Shown in pieces: positions 10,726 through 19,107 of a stretch of DNA of 64,000 nt. The notes under the pieces were generated by a model. That model searched no databases and had not been told where the DNA came from. It saw only the letters and a program-made list of their open reading frames with translations. Position 1 is the stretch's first letter; every line of letters begins with the position of its first letter. The DNA lies in contig CAZHPA010000002.1 of NCBI GenBank assembly GCA_964533945.1, forward strand, positions 68,997 through 132,996, in the 5' to 3' direction. Source of the stretch: an uncultured Defluviitaleaceae bacterium (lineage in GTDB: Bacteria; Bacillota; Clostridia; Lachnospirales; WRBF01). A program made the translations under genes and the position numbers.

Positions 10726-10764
10726 AAAAAGGGGCATCCTGATAATATATCGGCTGCCCCTTTT
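10726..10764. terminator. Bidirectional intrinsic terminator between the convergent secreted-protein gene and fliC
   Basis: GGGGCAtCC...GGcTGCCCC stem flanked by an A-run and a T-run. Confidence 0.55.
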
Positions 10765-10802
10765 GGGATTTATTATTTGAGATTGTTTGAGAATATTTGA
10801 GA

Positions 10803-13196
10803 TTATCTGAGAAGTTGTAAAATGTTTTGTGGAGCCATATTTGCTTGAGCCAAAACGCTTGTTGCTGCTTGAGATAAAACGTTAGCTTTAGTTAAGTTCA
10901 TCATTTCTTTAGCCATATCAGCGTCACGTATACGTGATTCGGAAGCAGAAAGGTTTTCAGAGGCAGTATCTAAGTTTTTAATTGTGTGTTCCAAACGGTT
11001 TTGGTATGCACCCAACTTAGCACGTTGTGAAGAAACAGCTTCAATAGCCGAATCTAACGTATCTGTTAATTGAGAAATTGCTTGTCCTCTTGAAGGGCCG
11101 GGAACTGCCGATGCTTTAACTGTTGTTGTTTTTAGAGTTGCAGGGGCACTTGTTGATTGAAGCGTTGCCGATGCGCCGTTTAAAGTTGTTTGTGCATCAT
11201 CAACAAGGAAGGAAATTTCTGTTGTTCCAGAACCTCCAAACATAGTAATCATTTCAGTTAATGTATATGAAGTGCCGGAAACAACATTAACAGTAGTACC
11301 ATCTGTTTTTGCAACTTTTGAACTTGGTGCTAGTGTGAATGTGAAGCCTGTTGCGGTATTCAAATTACCGTTTGCACCGTCTAATGCAACTGTTAACGTA
11401 TCAGCGTTTGCAAACGTAACCGCTGCTGATGTATCTGTTACTATAACGTCACCTACATCAAGGTCGACAGTAGCACCACCTGCACCGTCAAGAGTTGGTG
11501 TAACACCTGTGAATGTTACAGTTTTTTCGTCTAAGCCAACGCTTAAAGTTGAGCCGTTTGCAAATGTTATTGTTTTGTTTGCTAAATCTTTAAATGTGTT
11601 AACTTCCCCATTTCTATAAGGCGCAACACCATTTAAAACTACCCCGCCTTCACTTGAAATTTGGAATGTTTGACCCCCACCCACATTATATATACCCATG
11701 TTTGCTTGAAGGTTTAATAAATTCGAGGCATCAAAACTATTTGAACCGTTAAATATATTGCTTCCACCAATGCTTTTAACAGGTGTATTTGGTTTGGAAA
11801 CGTCTGTTGATGTAGCTATTGTTGGTGGGTTAATTCCCCCTCCTGGATTAACAGAAGTTCCTGGGTTTACAATGTTACCTGCTACTGGTGCTTTAACTGT
11901 TGGTATTTTTGGAGTTGCTGGCACACTTGTTGATTGAAGCGTTGCCGTTGTACCATCTAAAGTGGTTTGTGCCCCATCAACAAGGAAAGAAATTTCTGTT
12001 GTGCCGGAACCGCCAAACATAGTAGTCATTTGAGCTAATGTGTATGCGTTACCGGAAACAATATTAACAAGAGTACCGTCTGTTTTTGCAACTTTTGAAC
12101 CTGCTGCCAATGTGAAGGTGAAGCTTGTTGCATTACTTAAATCTCCTACTGTGCCGTCTAATGCAACTGCTAACGTATCAGCATTTGCAAACGTAACTGT
12201 TGCTGATGCATCTGCTGCTGCAACGTCACCTGCACCAAGGTCGGCAGCAGCGCCGCCTGCGCCGTCAACAGTTGGTGCAACGCCTGTATATGTTACAGTT
12301 TTTCCATCTGCGCCAACGTTTAAAGTTGCACCGCTTGTAAATGTTATTGTTGTGTTTGCCAAATCTGCAAATTTGTTAACTTCACCATTATTATAGCCGG
12401 TAACACCATTTAAAACTATTCCGCCTTCGCTTGCAATTTGGAATGTTTCGCCTCCGCCCATATTATATATACCCATGTTTGCTTGAAGGTCTGTTAAATT
12501 CGAGGCATCAAAACTGTTTGAACCGTTAAATATATTGCTTCCGCCAATGTTTACAATAGGTGTATTTGGTCTAGAAACGTCCGTTGTTGTACCCGTTGCT
12601 GCTGGTGGGTTAGTTGTGCCTCCTGAACCAATAGAGCTTCTTGGGCTAACAACGTTGCCTATATCTGTTTTTGTAACACCAAGAGCTGCTGAATCCATTT
12701 TATCTATAGTAAATGATAACCCTTGAAGCGCATTAGCACCTGTTTGTAAATACAAAGGGTTTACTTCCCAACTACCATCAATTAATTTCTTTTTATTAAA
12801 TTCTGTTTTTTCTGCTGTTGCATCTATTTCATCTGAAAGTTCATTTAATTCGAGTGCAATTTTATCTCTGTCTGTATCTTCTAATGTGTCGTTTGCCGCT
12901 TGAACAATAAGTTCACGCATACGTTGAAGCATATCTTCTGTTTCTTGTAATGCACCTTCGGCAGTTTGAATTAAGCTAATGCCGTCTTGTGCATTTCTTG
13001 AAGCTTGGTTTAAGCCTCTAATTTGGCTTCTCATTTTTTCTGAAATTGCAAGCCCTGCAGCATCGTCTGCCGCTCTGTTAATTCTTAAACCGCTTGCAAG
13101 GCGTTCAGATGCTTTTGCAATAGTGTTGCCAACGCTTTTTAATGCTCTATGGCTGTTTAATGCCAAAATATTTGTATTAATAACCATATTACTCAT
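10803..13196 (-). CDS. fliC: Flagellin, 797 aa, with an enlarged and internally duplicated variable region
   Basis: Canonical D0/D1 N-terminus (MVINTNILALNSHRAL...RINRAADDAAGLAISEKMRSQIRGLNQASRNAQDGISLIQTAEGAL) and C-terminus (LGAYQNRLEHTIKNLD...NILQLLR). AGGAGG lies 7 nt upstream of the ATG. Confidence 0.9.
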   Translation of the reverse strand: MSNMVINTNILALNSHRALKSVGNTIAKASERLASGLRINRAADDAAGLAISEKMRSQIRGLNQASRNAQDGISLIQTAEGALQETEDMLQRMRELIVQAANDTLEDTDRDKIALELNELSDEIDATAEKTEFNKKKLIDGSWEVNPLYLQTGANALQGLSFTIDKMDSAALGVTKTDIGNVVSPRSSIGSGGTTNPPAATGTTTDVSRPNTPIVNIGGSNIFNGSNSFDASNLTDLQANMGIYNMGGGETFQIASEGGIVLNGVTGYNNGEVNKFADLANTTITFTSGATLNVGADGKTVTYTGVAPTVDGAGGAAADLGAGDVAAADASATVTFANADTLAVALDGTVGDLSNATSFTFTLAAGSKVAKTDGTLVNIVSGNAYTLAQMTTMFGGSGTTEISFLVDGAQTTLDGTTATLQSTSVPATPKIPTVKAPVAGNIVNPGTSVNPGGGINPPTIATSTDVSKPNTPVKSIGGSNIFNGSNSFDASNLLNLQANMGIYNVGGGQTFQISSEGGVVLNGVAPYRNGEVNTFKDLANKTITFANGSTLSVGLDEKTVTFTGVTPTLDGAGGATVDLDVGDVIVTDTSAAVTFANADTLTVALDGANGNLNTATGFTFTLAPSSKVAKTDGTTVNVVSGTSYTLTEMITMFGGSGTTEISFLVDDAQTTLNGASATLQSTSAPATLKTTTVKASAVPGPSRGQAISQLTDTLDSAIEAVSSQRAKLGAYQNRLEHTIKNLDTASENLSASESRIRDADMAKEMMNLTKANVLSQAATSVLAQANMAPQNILQLLR
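11130..12611 (-). repeat. Tandem duplication of a ~235-aa module within the flagellin variable region
   Basis: Copy 1 is ~11907-12611 and copy 2 ~11130-11831, with a period of 777 nt (for example TTTGCTTGAAGG at 11701 and 12478). Roughly three quarters of residues are identical by eye. Confidence 0.85.
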
Positions 13197-13344
13197 AACT
13201 TTTTCCTCCTTGTAGTCGTTTGCTTCCGTGCTTTAAACACTTGCAAAATTTTTTTACAGGCTTATTATGAGCAATTGGTTTATAAGTTATACTATGGTAT
13301 TAGTTGGGAAGCCTAGCAACAGTTTCAAATTGAGCTATATTATG

Positions 13345-15312
13345 TTATTGATTAGGAAGCTTAACAATAGCTTCAAACGGTTTTAAATCTTTTCCTTCAA
13401 AATTAACGTTACAAGCATTATGGTTAATTACAAACGAGATTGTTTTACCATTAACAACTTTTTTGCAAACTTCAACGCCGTTTTCGGTTATAGTTGTTTC
13501 AATTTGACTATCTTTAATAATTCTATCTGCAATTAACAGCATATTTTCGTCATCAAGCCCTGTTCCGATATAGTAAACTTTCCCATCCTCAAAGTTATTA
13601 ACAGTTACAGCAGAAAATTCTGAAAAAAAGCTGTCATCATAATGCATTAAAGTTTTTGCGGTTGTTGTTTTAACAATGTCTCTAAAAACCGTTCCTGTTC
13701 CGCTTGTGCCGCCTTCTTTTGAATATTCTAAAGATGATTTTAAAAGCGCTTGCTGCCCTGTGTTAAGGGGTTCTGCTTCTTCAACATAGCCTCCTATAAA
13801 ATCCGTTGAGTATAATGGCAGCTTTTGTCCTAAAACAAGATTGTTAAATTCGTCTTTAAGTGCGCTTCTAAAAGACATTAAAACTGTTTTGCCGCTTTTT
13901 GCAAATTGTTTTAATCTGTTAAAAACATCTTCTTTATAAATCGTCATAGCCGGAACAAGCACAACTTTGTATTTCGAAAAATCTTTATCTGCTGATATAA
14001 CGTCGATTGAAACATTGCGCTTGTAAAAAGGCTTATATAGTCTGCATATTTCAGTTCCGTTATCAAATGCGCCGCTTTGTCTTTGACCTCTAAAGCTTGC
14101 AAGGCTATCGTAATCATAAATTAACGCAACATCCGCCGAAACTTCACTTTCCATAATTTCGGGGTTTTCGTTCATATGTTTAAAAAAGTCTTTAACTTCA
14201 TAAAATTTGCGTCTTTTTTCGTTGTCGCTGTCAATTACTCCATAACAAAATTGTTCTGCACCTTTTGTTGCTTGCCTGTATCTAAAATATATAAGCGATG
14301 AACAGCCATGCGCAACAGCTTGATACGACCACATTTTAGCTTCATTAGGGCGTGGCAAATATCCTATTGCATCATGTCCTTGTGCGCCCATAATGGCTTC
14401 GGTTATCCAAAAGTTTTGGCGCTTTAAGCCACGCATACAATCAAGATAGCACGCTATTTTATATGGAGGAATAGGGTTTGCTTGTCCGCCCCAAACGGGG
14501 TAATTATTATATGCAACTACGTCCATATATTCGGCAACTTTTGAATAGTTAATGCTTTTTTCAAAAACCCCTCCAGCAAAATCATGTAGAAGTATTTTGT
14601 CTTTTGGTAATATTTCTTTTAAAATGTCATATTGCATTTTGCCGTATTTTTCAACAGAAGCGCTTCTAAATCTTTCCCAATCTAATTTTAACGCCGGGTT
14701 GTGTGCCGCCACTGTTTTTTGGGGAATTGGTATTTCGTTGAAGTTGTTGTAAGTTTGTGACCAAAATATAGTTCCCCAAATTTCATTAAGGTTTTGTATT
14801 GTTTCATATTTTGCTTCTAAAAACTTTCTAAATTCTGTTTTGCAGTTGTTACAATAACAAACGTCACTGTCTTCATGCCCAAACTCATTGTCCATTTGCC
14901 AAGCTACAATTGCTACTTCATCTTTGTAATGATGCGCCAGCGCTTTTGTAATTTTTTTGGTTAGTTCTATATACTTGCTGCTGTTAAAGCAATATGTTCT
15001 TCTTCCGCCAAACGAACGCTTAGTTCCATCTTCAAATTCGGAAACGCATTCTGGATAATTTTTGTTAACCCAGGCAGGCATAGTTGCTGTTGGAGTGCCA
15101 AATATTATTTTAAGCCCTTTTTCTCTTGCCTTTTTAATTATATTGTCAAAAAAGCTAAAGTCATAATTACCTTCCGTTTTCTCCATTAAGTGCCATGCAA
15201 ACTCGCCTATTCTTATAACATTTGCGCCTAATTCAACAATGTTTTCCAAATCTGCTTCAATTAGATTACTATCCCATTGTTCGGGGTAATAATCAACTCC
15301 CAAGTAATTCAT
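13345..15312 (-). CDS. GH42 beta-galactosidase
   Basis: 655 aa. N-terminus MNYLGVDYYPEQWD...NVIRIGEFAWHLMEKTEGNYDF and MDNEFGH are typical of family 42. Confidence 0.85.
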   Translation of the reverse strand: MNYLGVDYYPEQWDSNLIEADLENIVELGANVIRIGEFAWHLMEKTEGNYDFSFFDNIIKKAREKGLKIIFGTPTATMPAWVNKNYPECVSEFEDGTKRSFGGRRTYCFNSSKYIELTKKITKALAHHYKDEVAIVAWQMDNEFGHEDSDVCYCNNCKTEFRKFLEAKYETIQNLNEIWGTIFWSQTYNNFNEIPIPQKTVAAHNPALKLDWERFRSASVEKYGKMQYDILKEILPKDKILLHDFAGGVFEKSINYSKVAEYMDVVAYNNYPVWGGQANPIPPYKIACYLDCMRGLKRQNFWITEAIMGAQGHDAIGYLPRPNEAKMWSYQAVAHGCSSLIYFRYRQATKGAEQFCYGVIDSDNEKRRKFYEVKDFFKHMNENPEIMESEVSADVALIYDYDSLASFRGQRQSGAFDNGTEICRLYKPFYKRNVSIDVISADKDFSKYKVVLVPAMTIYKEDVFNRLKQFAKSGKTVLMSFRSALKDEFNNLVLGQKLPLYSTDFIGGYVEEAEPLNTGQQALLKSSLEYSKEGGTSGTGTVFRDIVKTTTAKTLMHYDDSFFSEFSAVTVNNFEDGKVYYIGTGLDDENMLLIADRIIKDSQIETTITENGVEVCKKVVNGKTISFVINHNACNVNFEGKDLKPFEAIVKLPNQ

Positions 15313-15498
15313 AAGTACACCTCATTATAATTTTATATTGATTTAACTAATTTTACTGCTATGAAAAATTTTCCTTTAAATTTTTTATCATCTATATTAT
15401 ACCGCTATATAACGAAATTGTACATCTATTATTGTAACACTACTGTTTGGATGTTATAATTATGTAGTATAAAAATATTTCAAAGGGGGTTTTATAAC

Positions 15499-17244
15499 AT
15501 GAAGCGAATTAAACCGTTGTTTGCTTTTAGCTTAATGCTGGCAATGTTAAAAACAGTAACTGCATTTGCTGCTAATAGTGGCATAATAGTAGAAGTAGAT
15601 AAAAAGCAAGTAACATTTAGTGACCAGCAACCTATTATTAAAGATTCGAGAACTTTAATTCCAATAAGAGGCGTATTTGAACAATTAGGCTATAACATAG
15701 ACTGGAATGTTACAACAAAAACAGCAACACTTTCAAACAATATTAATACCGTTGTTATTACACAAGACGAATCTACATTTAAAGCTAACAATGCAACTTT
15801 TAATTTGGAAGTTCCAGCGCAAATAATTAACGATAGAATAATGTTGCCTTTTAGAGCAATACTTGAAAGCATAGGATACAGTGTTGCTTGGGACGAAGAA
15901 AAAAATACAATTATCGTTACTTCTAAACCACGTACCGAAAATGTAATAGAAAACACAACAGAAGAAGCAACAGAAGAAATAACAGAAAAAATTTCTGAAA
16001 CATATGAAGAATACCCTAAAATTCCCGATATTGGAATATATGCCAGCCCTAATATTAAATTTAACAAAAAAACAAATGAAACTGATGGCATAACATATTG
16101 GTATAAAAATATAAGCGATGCAACTACTTCGCTTTACGTTAGCGAATTAATTAAATTAGGATATATCAAAGATACTATTAGTTCAAAACCGCAATACTAT
16201 GTTTATACAAAAGACGATTTAAACATTATTATAGACACAGCAAGCTATAAAAACGAAAGCTATACTTTAATTGCAATTAAAAAAATAGATAACACTTTAG
16301 AAAAGTACTACAAGCAATTTCCGTCGATTCCTAGTATTAACGCTAAGTATCACAGCTTTATTACAACAACAGATGGGCTTGGGTATACTTATCGTTATTT
16401 AAGTCTTGGAAGCTCTGTAATTAAAGAATATACAAAAACTTTAGAAAACCTCGGGTTTTCAGTTACTAACAATTCAACGTACTATACGTGCAGAAAAGAT
16501 AATATAACTATTACCATTAACTCTGATTCTGTTACGATTAAAAGTACAACAAAAAAAGATGAAACAACAAAATATTATAAAGAATTTAAAACTGTGCCTC
16601 AATTTGAAGGCGATATTATAAAAACCGAAAAGCTAAGTGGTTCGCTTAGGTATAGATATTACTATGAATTTTTTGAAAGTTCGGAAATTGAAAAATACGC
16701 AAAAGATTTGCAAAAGCTTGGCTTTAATATTGAGGAAAAGGAAAGTTCCGGTTATTTTTGCATACTTAGAAAAAATGATATAAAAGTTACTATTCTTACT
16801 AACTGCATTGACGTTGAAAGAATATCGAAAGATAGCGAAGAATATTTTAAAGACTTTCCGCTTATTCCTGATTTTATTTATGCTTTAAAAAATTATTACA
16901 AGCTTGAAGGCTCTCAATATGTTCCTGATGACTTTATTTTTGTTGTTATGATTGACCCAACAAACCCTAATAAAGAAAATCCAATATTTGTGACAGATAG
17001 GCAAAACGGATTAATGCTCTATAGATTTTACTATCACAAAAGCAACGAAAGCCCAACTAACACTAGTGTATTAGATATATACGAAGACAGGCTAATAGAA
17101 GATGACTTTATTAAAACTGATAGCACTGATAAATACAGAGTTTTTGAAAAGGATAATATTAAAATTAAAATTGAACGCTTTGAAACAATGGTTTATGGAG
17201 AGAGAAAATATCTTTATGTAATAAGCACTAACCAAAGCTATTAG
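15499..17244 (+). CDS. Secreted protein with a copper-amine-oxidase N-terminal-like (stalk) domain plus four ~85-95-aa repeats of unknown function
   Basis: Signal peptide, then DSRTLIPIRGVFEQLGYNIDW...NDRIMLPFRAILESIGYSVAWD. Four modules follow, each opening with Y(Y/F)K.F(P/K).(I/V)P and containing ...L..LG(F/Y). Confidence 0.55.
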   Translation: MKRIKPLFAFSLMLAMLKTVTAFAANSGIIVEVDKKQVTFSDQQPIIKDSRTLIPIRGVFEQLGYNIDWNVTTKTATLSNNINTVVITQDESTFKANNATFNLEVPAQIINDRIMLPFRAILESIGYSVAWDEEKNTIIVTSKPRTENVIENTTEEATEEITEKISETYEEYPKIPDIGIYASPNIKFNKKTNETDGITYWYKNISDATTSLYVSELIKLGYIKDTISSKPQYYVYTKDDLNIIIDTASYKNESYTLIAIKKIDNTLEKYYKQFPSIPSINAKYHSFITTTDGLGYTYRYLSLGSSVIKEYTKTLENLGFSVTNNSTYYTCRKDNITITINSDSVTIKSTTKKDETTKYYKEFKTVPQFEGDIIKTEKLSGSLRYRYYYEFFESSEIEKYAKDLQKLGFNIEEKESSGYFCILRKNDIKVTILTNCIDVERISKDSEEYFKDFPLIPDFIYALKNYYKLEGSQYVPDDFIFVVMIDPTNPNKENPIFVTDRQNGLMLYRFYYHKSNESPTNTSVLDIYEDRLIEDDFIKTDSTDKYRVFEKDNIKIKIERFETMVYGERKYLYVISTNQSY

Positions 17245-17255
17245 AAATATAAAAT

Positions 17256-17292
17256 AAAAAAGGTATTCGGGCATGTTCTGAATGCCTTTTTT
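17256..17292 (+). terminator. Intrinsic terminator
   Basis: GGCAT-GTTCTGA-ATGCC hairpin (extendable) followed by TTTTTT. Confidence 0.55.
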
Positions 17293-17308
17293 GTATTTCC
17301 GATTCGTT

Positions 17309-17427
17309 AATTCCTTTTATAGCACATAACATCTATCTTTTGAAAGTATAAAATTTTTGAGTGATTTTTTGCATATTTATCCCACCAATTCCTTTTATAG
17401 CACATAACATTCACCTTTTGAAAGTAT
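17309..17427 (+). repeat. Two 41-nt direct repeats spaced 78 nt apart, upstream of dpaA
   Basis: AATTCCTTTTATAGCACATAACATCTATCTTTTGAAAGTAT (17309-17349) against AATTCCTTTTATAGCACATAACATTCACCTTTTGAAAGTAT (17387-17427). About 37 of 41 positions are identical. Confidence 0.8.
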
Positions 17428-17493
17428 GTACATATTATGAAATTAAAGAAGGCTTAAAGAAAAAAGAAACCTTAAAGGCTGGAGGGATTAAGT

Positions 17494-18351
17494 TTGGAAG
17501 CTAAAAAATTTGCTATAATAGGCGGAGATAAAAGAAATATTTATTTAACTAAGGAATTAAAAGCCGATGGGCATTTTGTTAAAACATATGGCTTTTCAAA
17601 ATATGAAGATAAAGATATTGATAAATCGAGCAGTTTACAAGAAGTTGTTGATGGAGTTGACCTTTGTATTGGCGGAACGCCAATAACAACAGATGGAAAA
17701 TGTTTTAATGCCCCTTATGCAGACTCTGCAATATATATTGAAGATGTGTTTAAAGCAATTGGGGAAAATCAAGTCTTTTTGGCAGGATATATTAAAAAAG
17801 AAGTATTAGAAACAGCAGCAAAATATAGTAAGCTTAAAATTTACGACATTTTAAAAATAGAAGAACTTTCAATTCTAAATGCAATACCAACTGCAGAAGG
17901 CGCTGTTCAAATCGCTATTGAAAAAACAGATATAACACTTCACGATAGCAACATAATGATAATCGGCTATGGAAGAATAGGAAAAATACTTTCAAATATG
18001 CTTAGAGCTATGGGCGCAAAAGTAGTTGTAGTTGTTAATAGCTGTGATAAAAAAGCTTTAGCCAAAAGCTACGGGCTTGATGCAATTCATGTTGAAAACA
18101 TAGCAGACAAGTTATGCGAAACAGATATTATTTTTAATACCGTTCCTAAAATTATTTTAGATGAAACAAATATGGGGCTTATAAATAAGCAATGTCTTGT
18201 AATAGACTTAGCTTCTCCGCCTTTTGGCGTTGATTTTGAAGCAAGTAAAAAGTTTGGATTAAATGTTATATATACAGGCTCGCTTCCGGGCGTTGTTGCC
18301 CCAAGAACTGTTGCCGCCTATATTAAAGAAGCAATTTATAATATTTTATAA
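17494..18351 (+). CDS. dpaA: Dipicolinate synthase subunit A
   Basis: 285 aa. Has AIIGGDKR, NAIPTAEGA, IGYGRIGK and SLPG..AP.T motifs. TTG start follows GGAGGG. Confidence 0.85.
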   Translation: MEAKKFAIIGGDKRNIYLTKELKADGHFVKTYGFSKYEDKDIDKSSSLQEVVDGVDLCIGGTPITTDGKCFNAPYADSAIYIEDVFKAIGENQVFLAGYIKKEVLETAAKYSKLKIYDILKIEELSILNAIPTAEGAVQIAIEKTDITLHDSNIMIIGYGRIGKILSNMLRAMGAKVVVVVNSCDKKALAKSYGLDAIHVENIADKLCETDIIFNTVPKIILDETNMGLINKQCLVIDLASPPFGVDFEASKKFGLNVIYTGSLPGVVAPRTVAAYIKEAIYNIL

Positions 18352-18363
18352 GGAGGGAAAACC

Positions 18364-18948
18364 GTGAAGCTCGAAAATGTTAAAATAGGCTTTTGCATGA
18401 CCGGCTCTTTTTGCACATTTGAAAAAGTTTTTAAGGAAATAGAAGTTTTGGTTGCAGAAGGTGCTAACGTTGTTCCTATTATTTCACAAATTGTTGACAC
18501 TTGCGACAATAGATTTTTTTCAGCAGAACAAACTAAAGGCTTACTGAAGAAAATTACAGGAAATGAAGTTATAAGTTCTGTATATGCAGCAGAACCTATA
18601 GGCCCTAAAAAACTATTAGACATAGTAGTTGTTGCGCCCTGCACAGGAAACACTTTGGCAAAACTTGCAAACGGCATAACAGATACTGCTGTAACTATGG
18701 CTGTTAAAGCACATTTAAGAAATAATCGCCCTGTTGTTTTAGGAGTTTCAACTAATGATGGATTAGGAGCAGCAGCGAAAAACATTGGAGAATTACTAAA
18801 TGCTAAAAACTATTATTTTATTCCGTTTTGTCAAGATGACCCAATAAATAAAGAAAAATCTCTTGTGTTTAAAGAAGAATTTATTATTGAAACAGTTTGT
18901 GAAGCCCTTTTGGGAAAGCAACTTCAGCCAATATTAAAAAGTTCTTAA
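18364..18948 (+). CDS. dpaB: Dipicolinate synthase subunit B (flavoprotein family)
   Basis: 194 aa. Has GFCMTGSFCTF and VAPCTGNTLAKLANGITD. GTG start lies 6 nt after GGAGGG. Confidence 0.88.
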   Translation: MKLENVKIGFCMTGSFCTFEKVFKEIEVLVAEGANVVPIISQIVDTCDNRFFSAEQTKGLLKKITGNEVISSVYAAEPIGPKKLLDIVVVAPCTGNTLAKLANGITDTAVTMAVKAHLRNNRPVVLGVSTNDGLGAAAKNIGELLNAKNYYFIPFCQDDPINKEKSLVFKEEFIIETVCEALLGKQLQPILKSS

Positions 18949-19035
18949 CTTGTATTTGAAGAACAATTTATTATTGAAACAATTTGCAAAGCTCTTCCAG
19001 AAAGCAGTTTTAACCTATACCAAAAAGCTCTTGAG
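18949..19035 (+). repeat. Degenerate tandem copy of the last 87 nt of dpaB, non-coding remnant
   Basis: 18949-19035 aligns colinearly with 18862-18948. CTTGTATTTGAAGAACAATTTATTATTGAAACAATTTG... matches CTTGTGTTTAAAGAAGAATTTATTATTGAAACAGTTTG..., about 85 percent identical over the first ~48 nt and lower afterwards. The copy runs into the tRNA-Thr 3' end. Confidence 0.7.
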
Positions 19036-19098
19036 CGGATTTGAACCGCCGACCTTTACCTTACCAAGGTAACGCTCTACCTACTGAGCTACAAGAGC
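19026..19098 (-). tRNA. tRNA-Thr (anticodon GGT)
   Basis: Hand-folded cloverleaf GCTCTTG-TA-GCTC..GAGC-G-TTACC-TTGGTAA-GGTAA-AGGTC-GGCGG-TTCAAAT-CCGCT-CAAGAGC-T. Confidence 0.85.
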
Positions 19099-19107
19099 TT
19101 AAATCGA

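Noticed and set aside
11272-12396. Antisense ORFs inside fliC (11272-11619, 12040-12396, 12535-12726, 12979-13215)
   Set aside because: They mirror the duplicated, low-complexity T/V/A-rich coding sequence on the other strand, have no RBS, and the sense frame is unambiguously flagellin.
10803-13196. Enzymatic (flagellinolysin-type metalloprotease) flagellin
   Set aside because: The inserted region has no HExxH motif or any other His. The only histidines lie in the conserved terminal helices.
13197-13344. Invertible (phase-variable) flagellar switch upstream of fliC
   Set aside because: Only 6-bp inverted repeats (AGGCTT/AAGCCT, GCTTCC/GGAAGC) are present and no recombinase gene is nearby. 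This is insufficient evidence.
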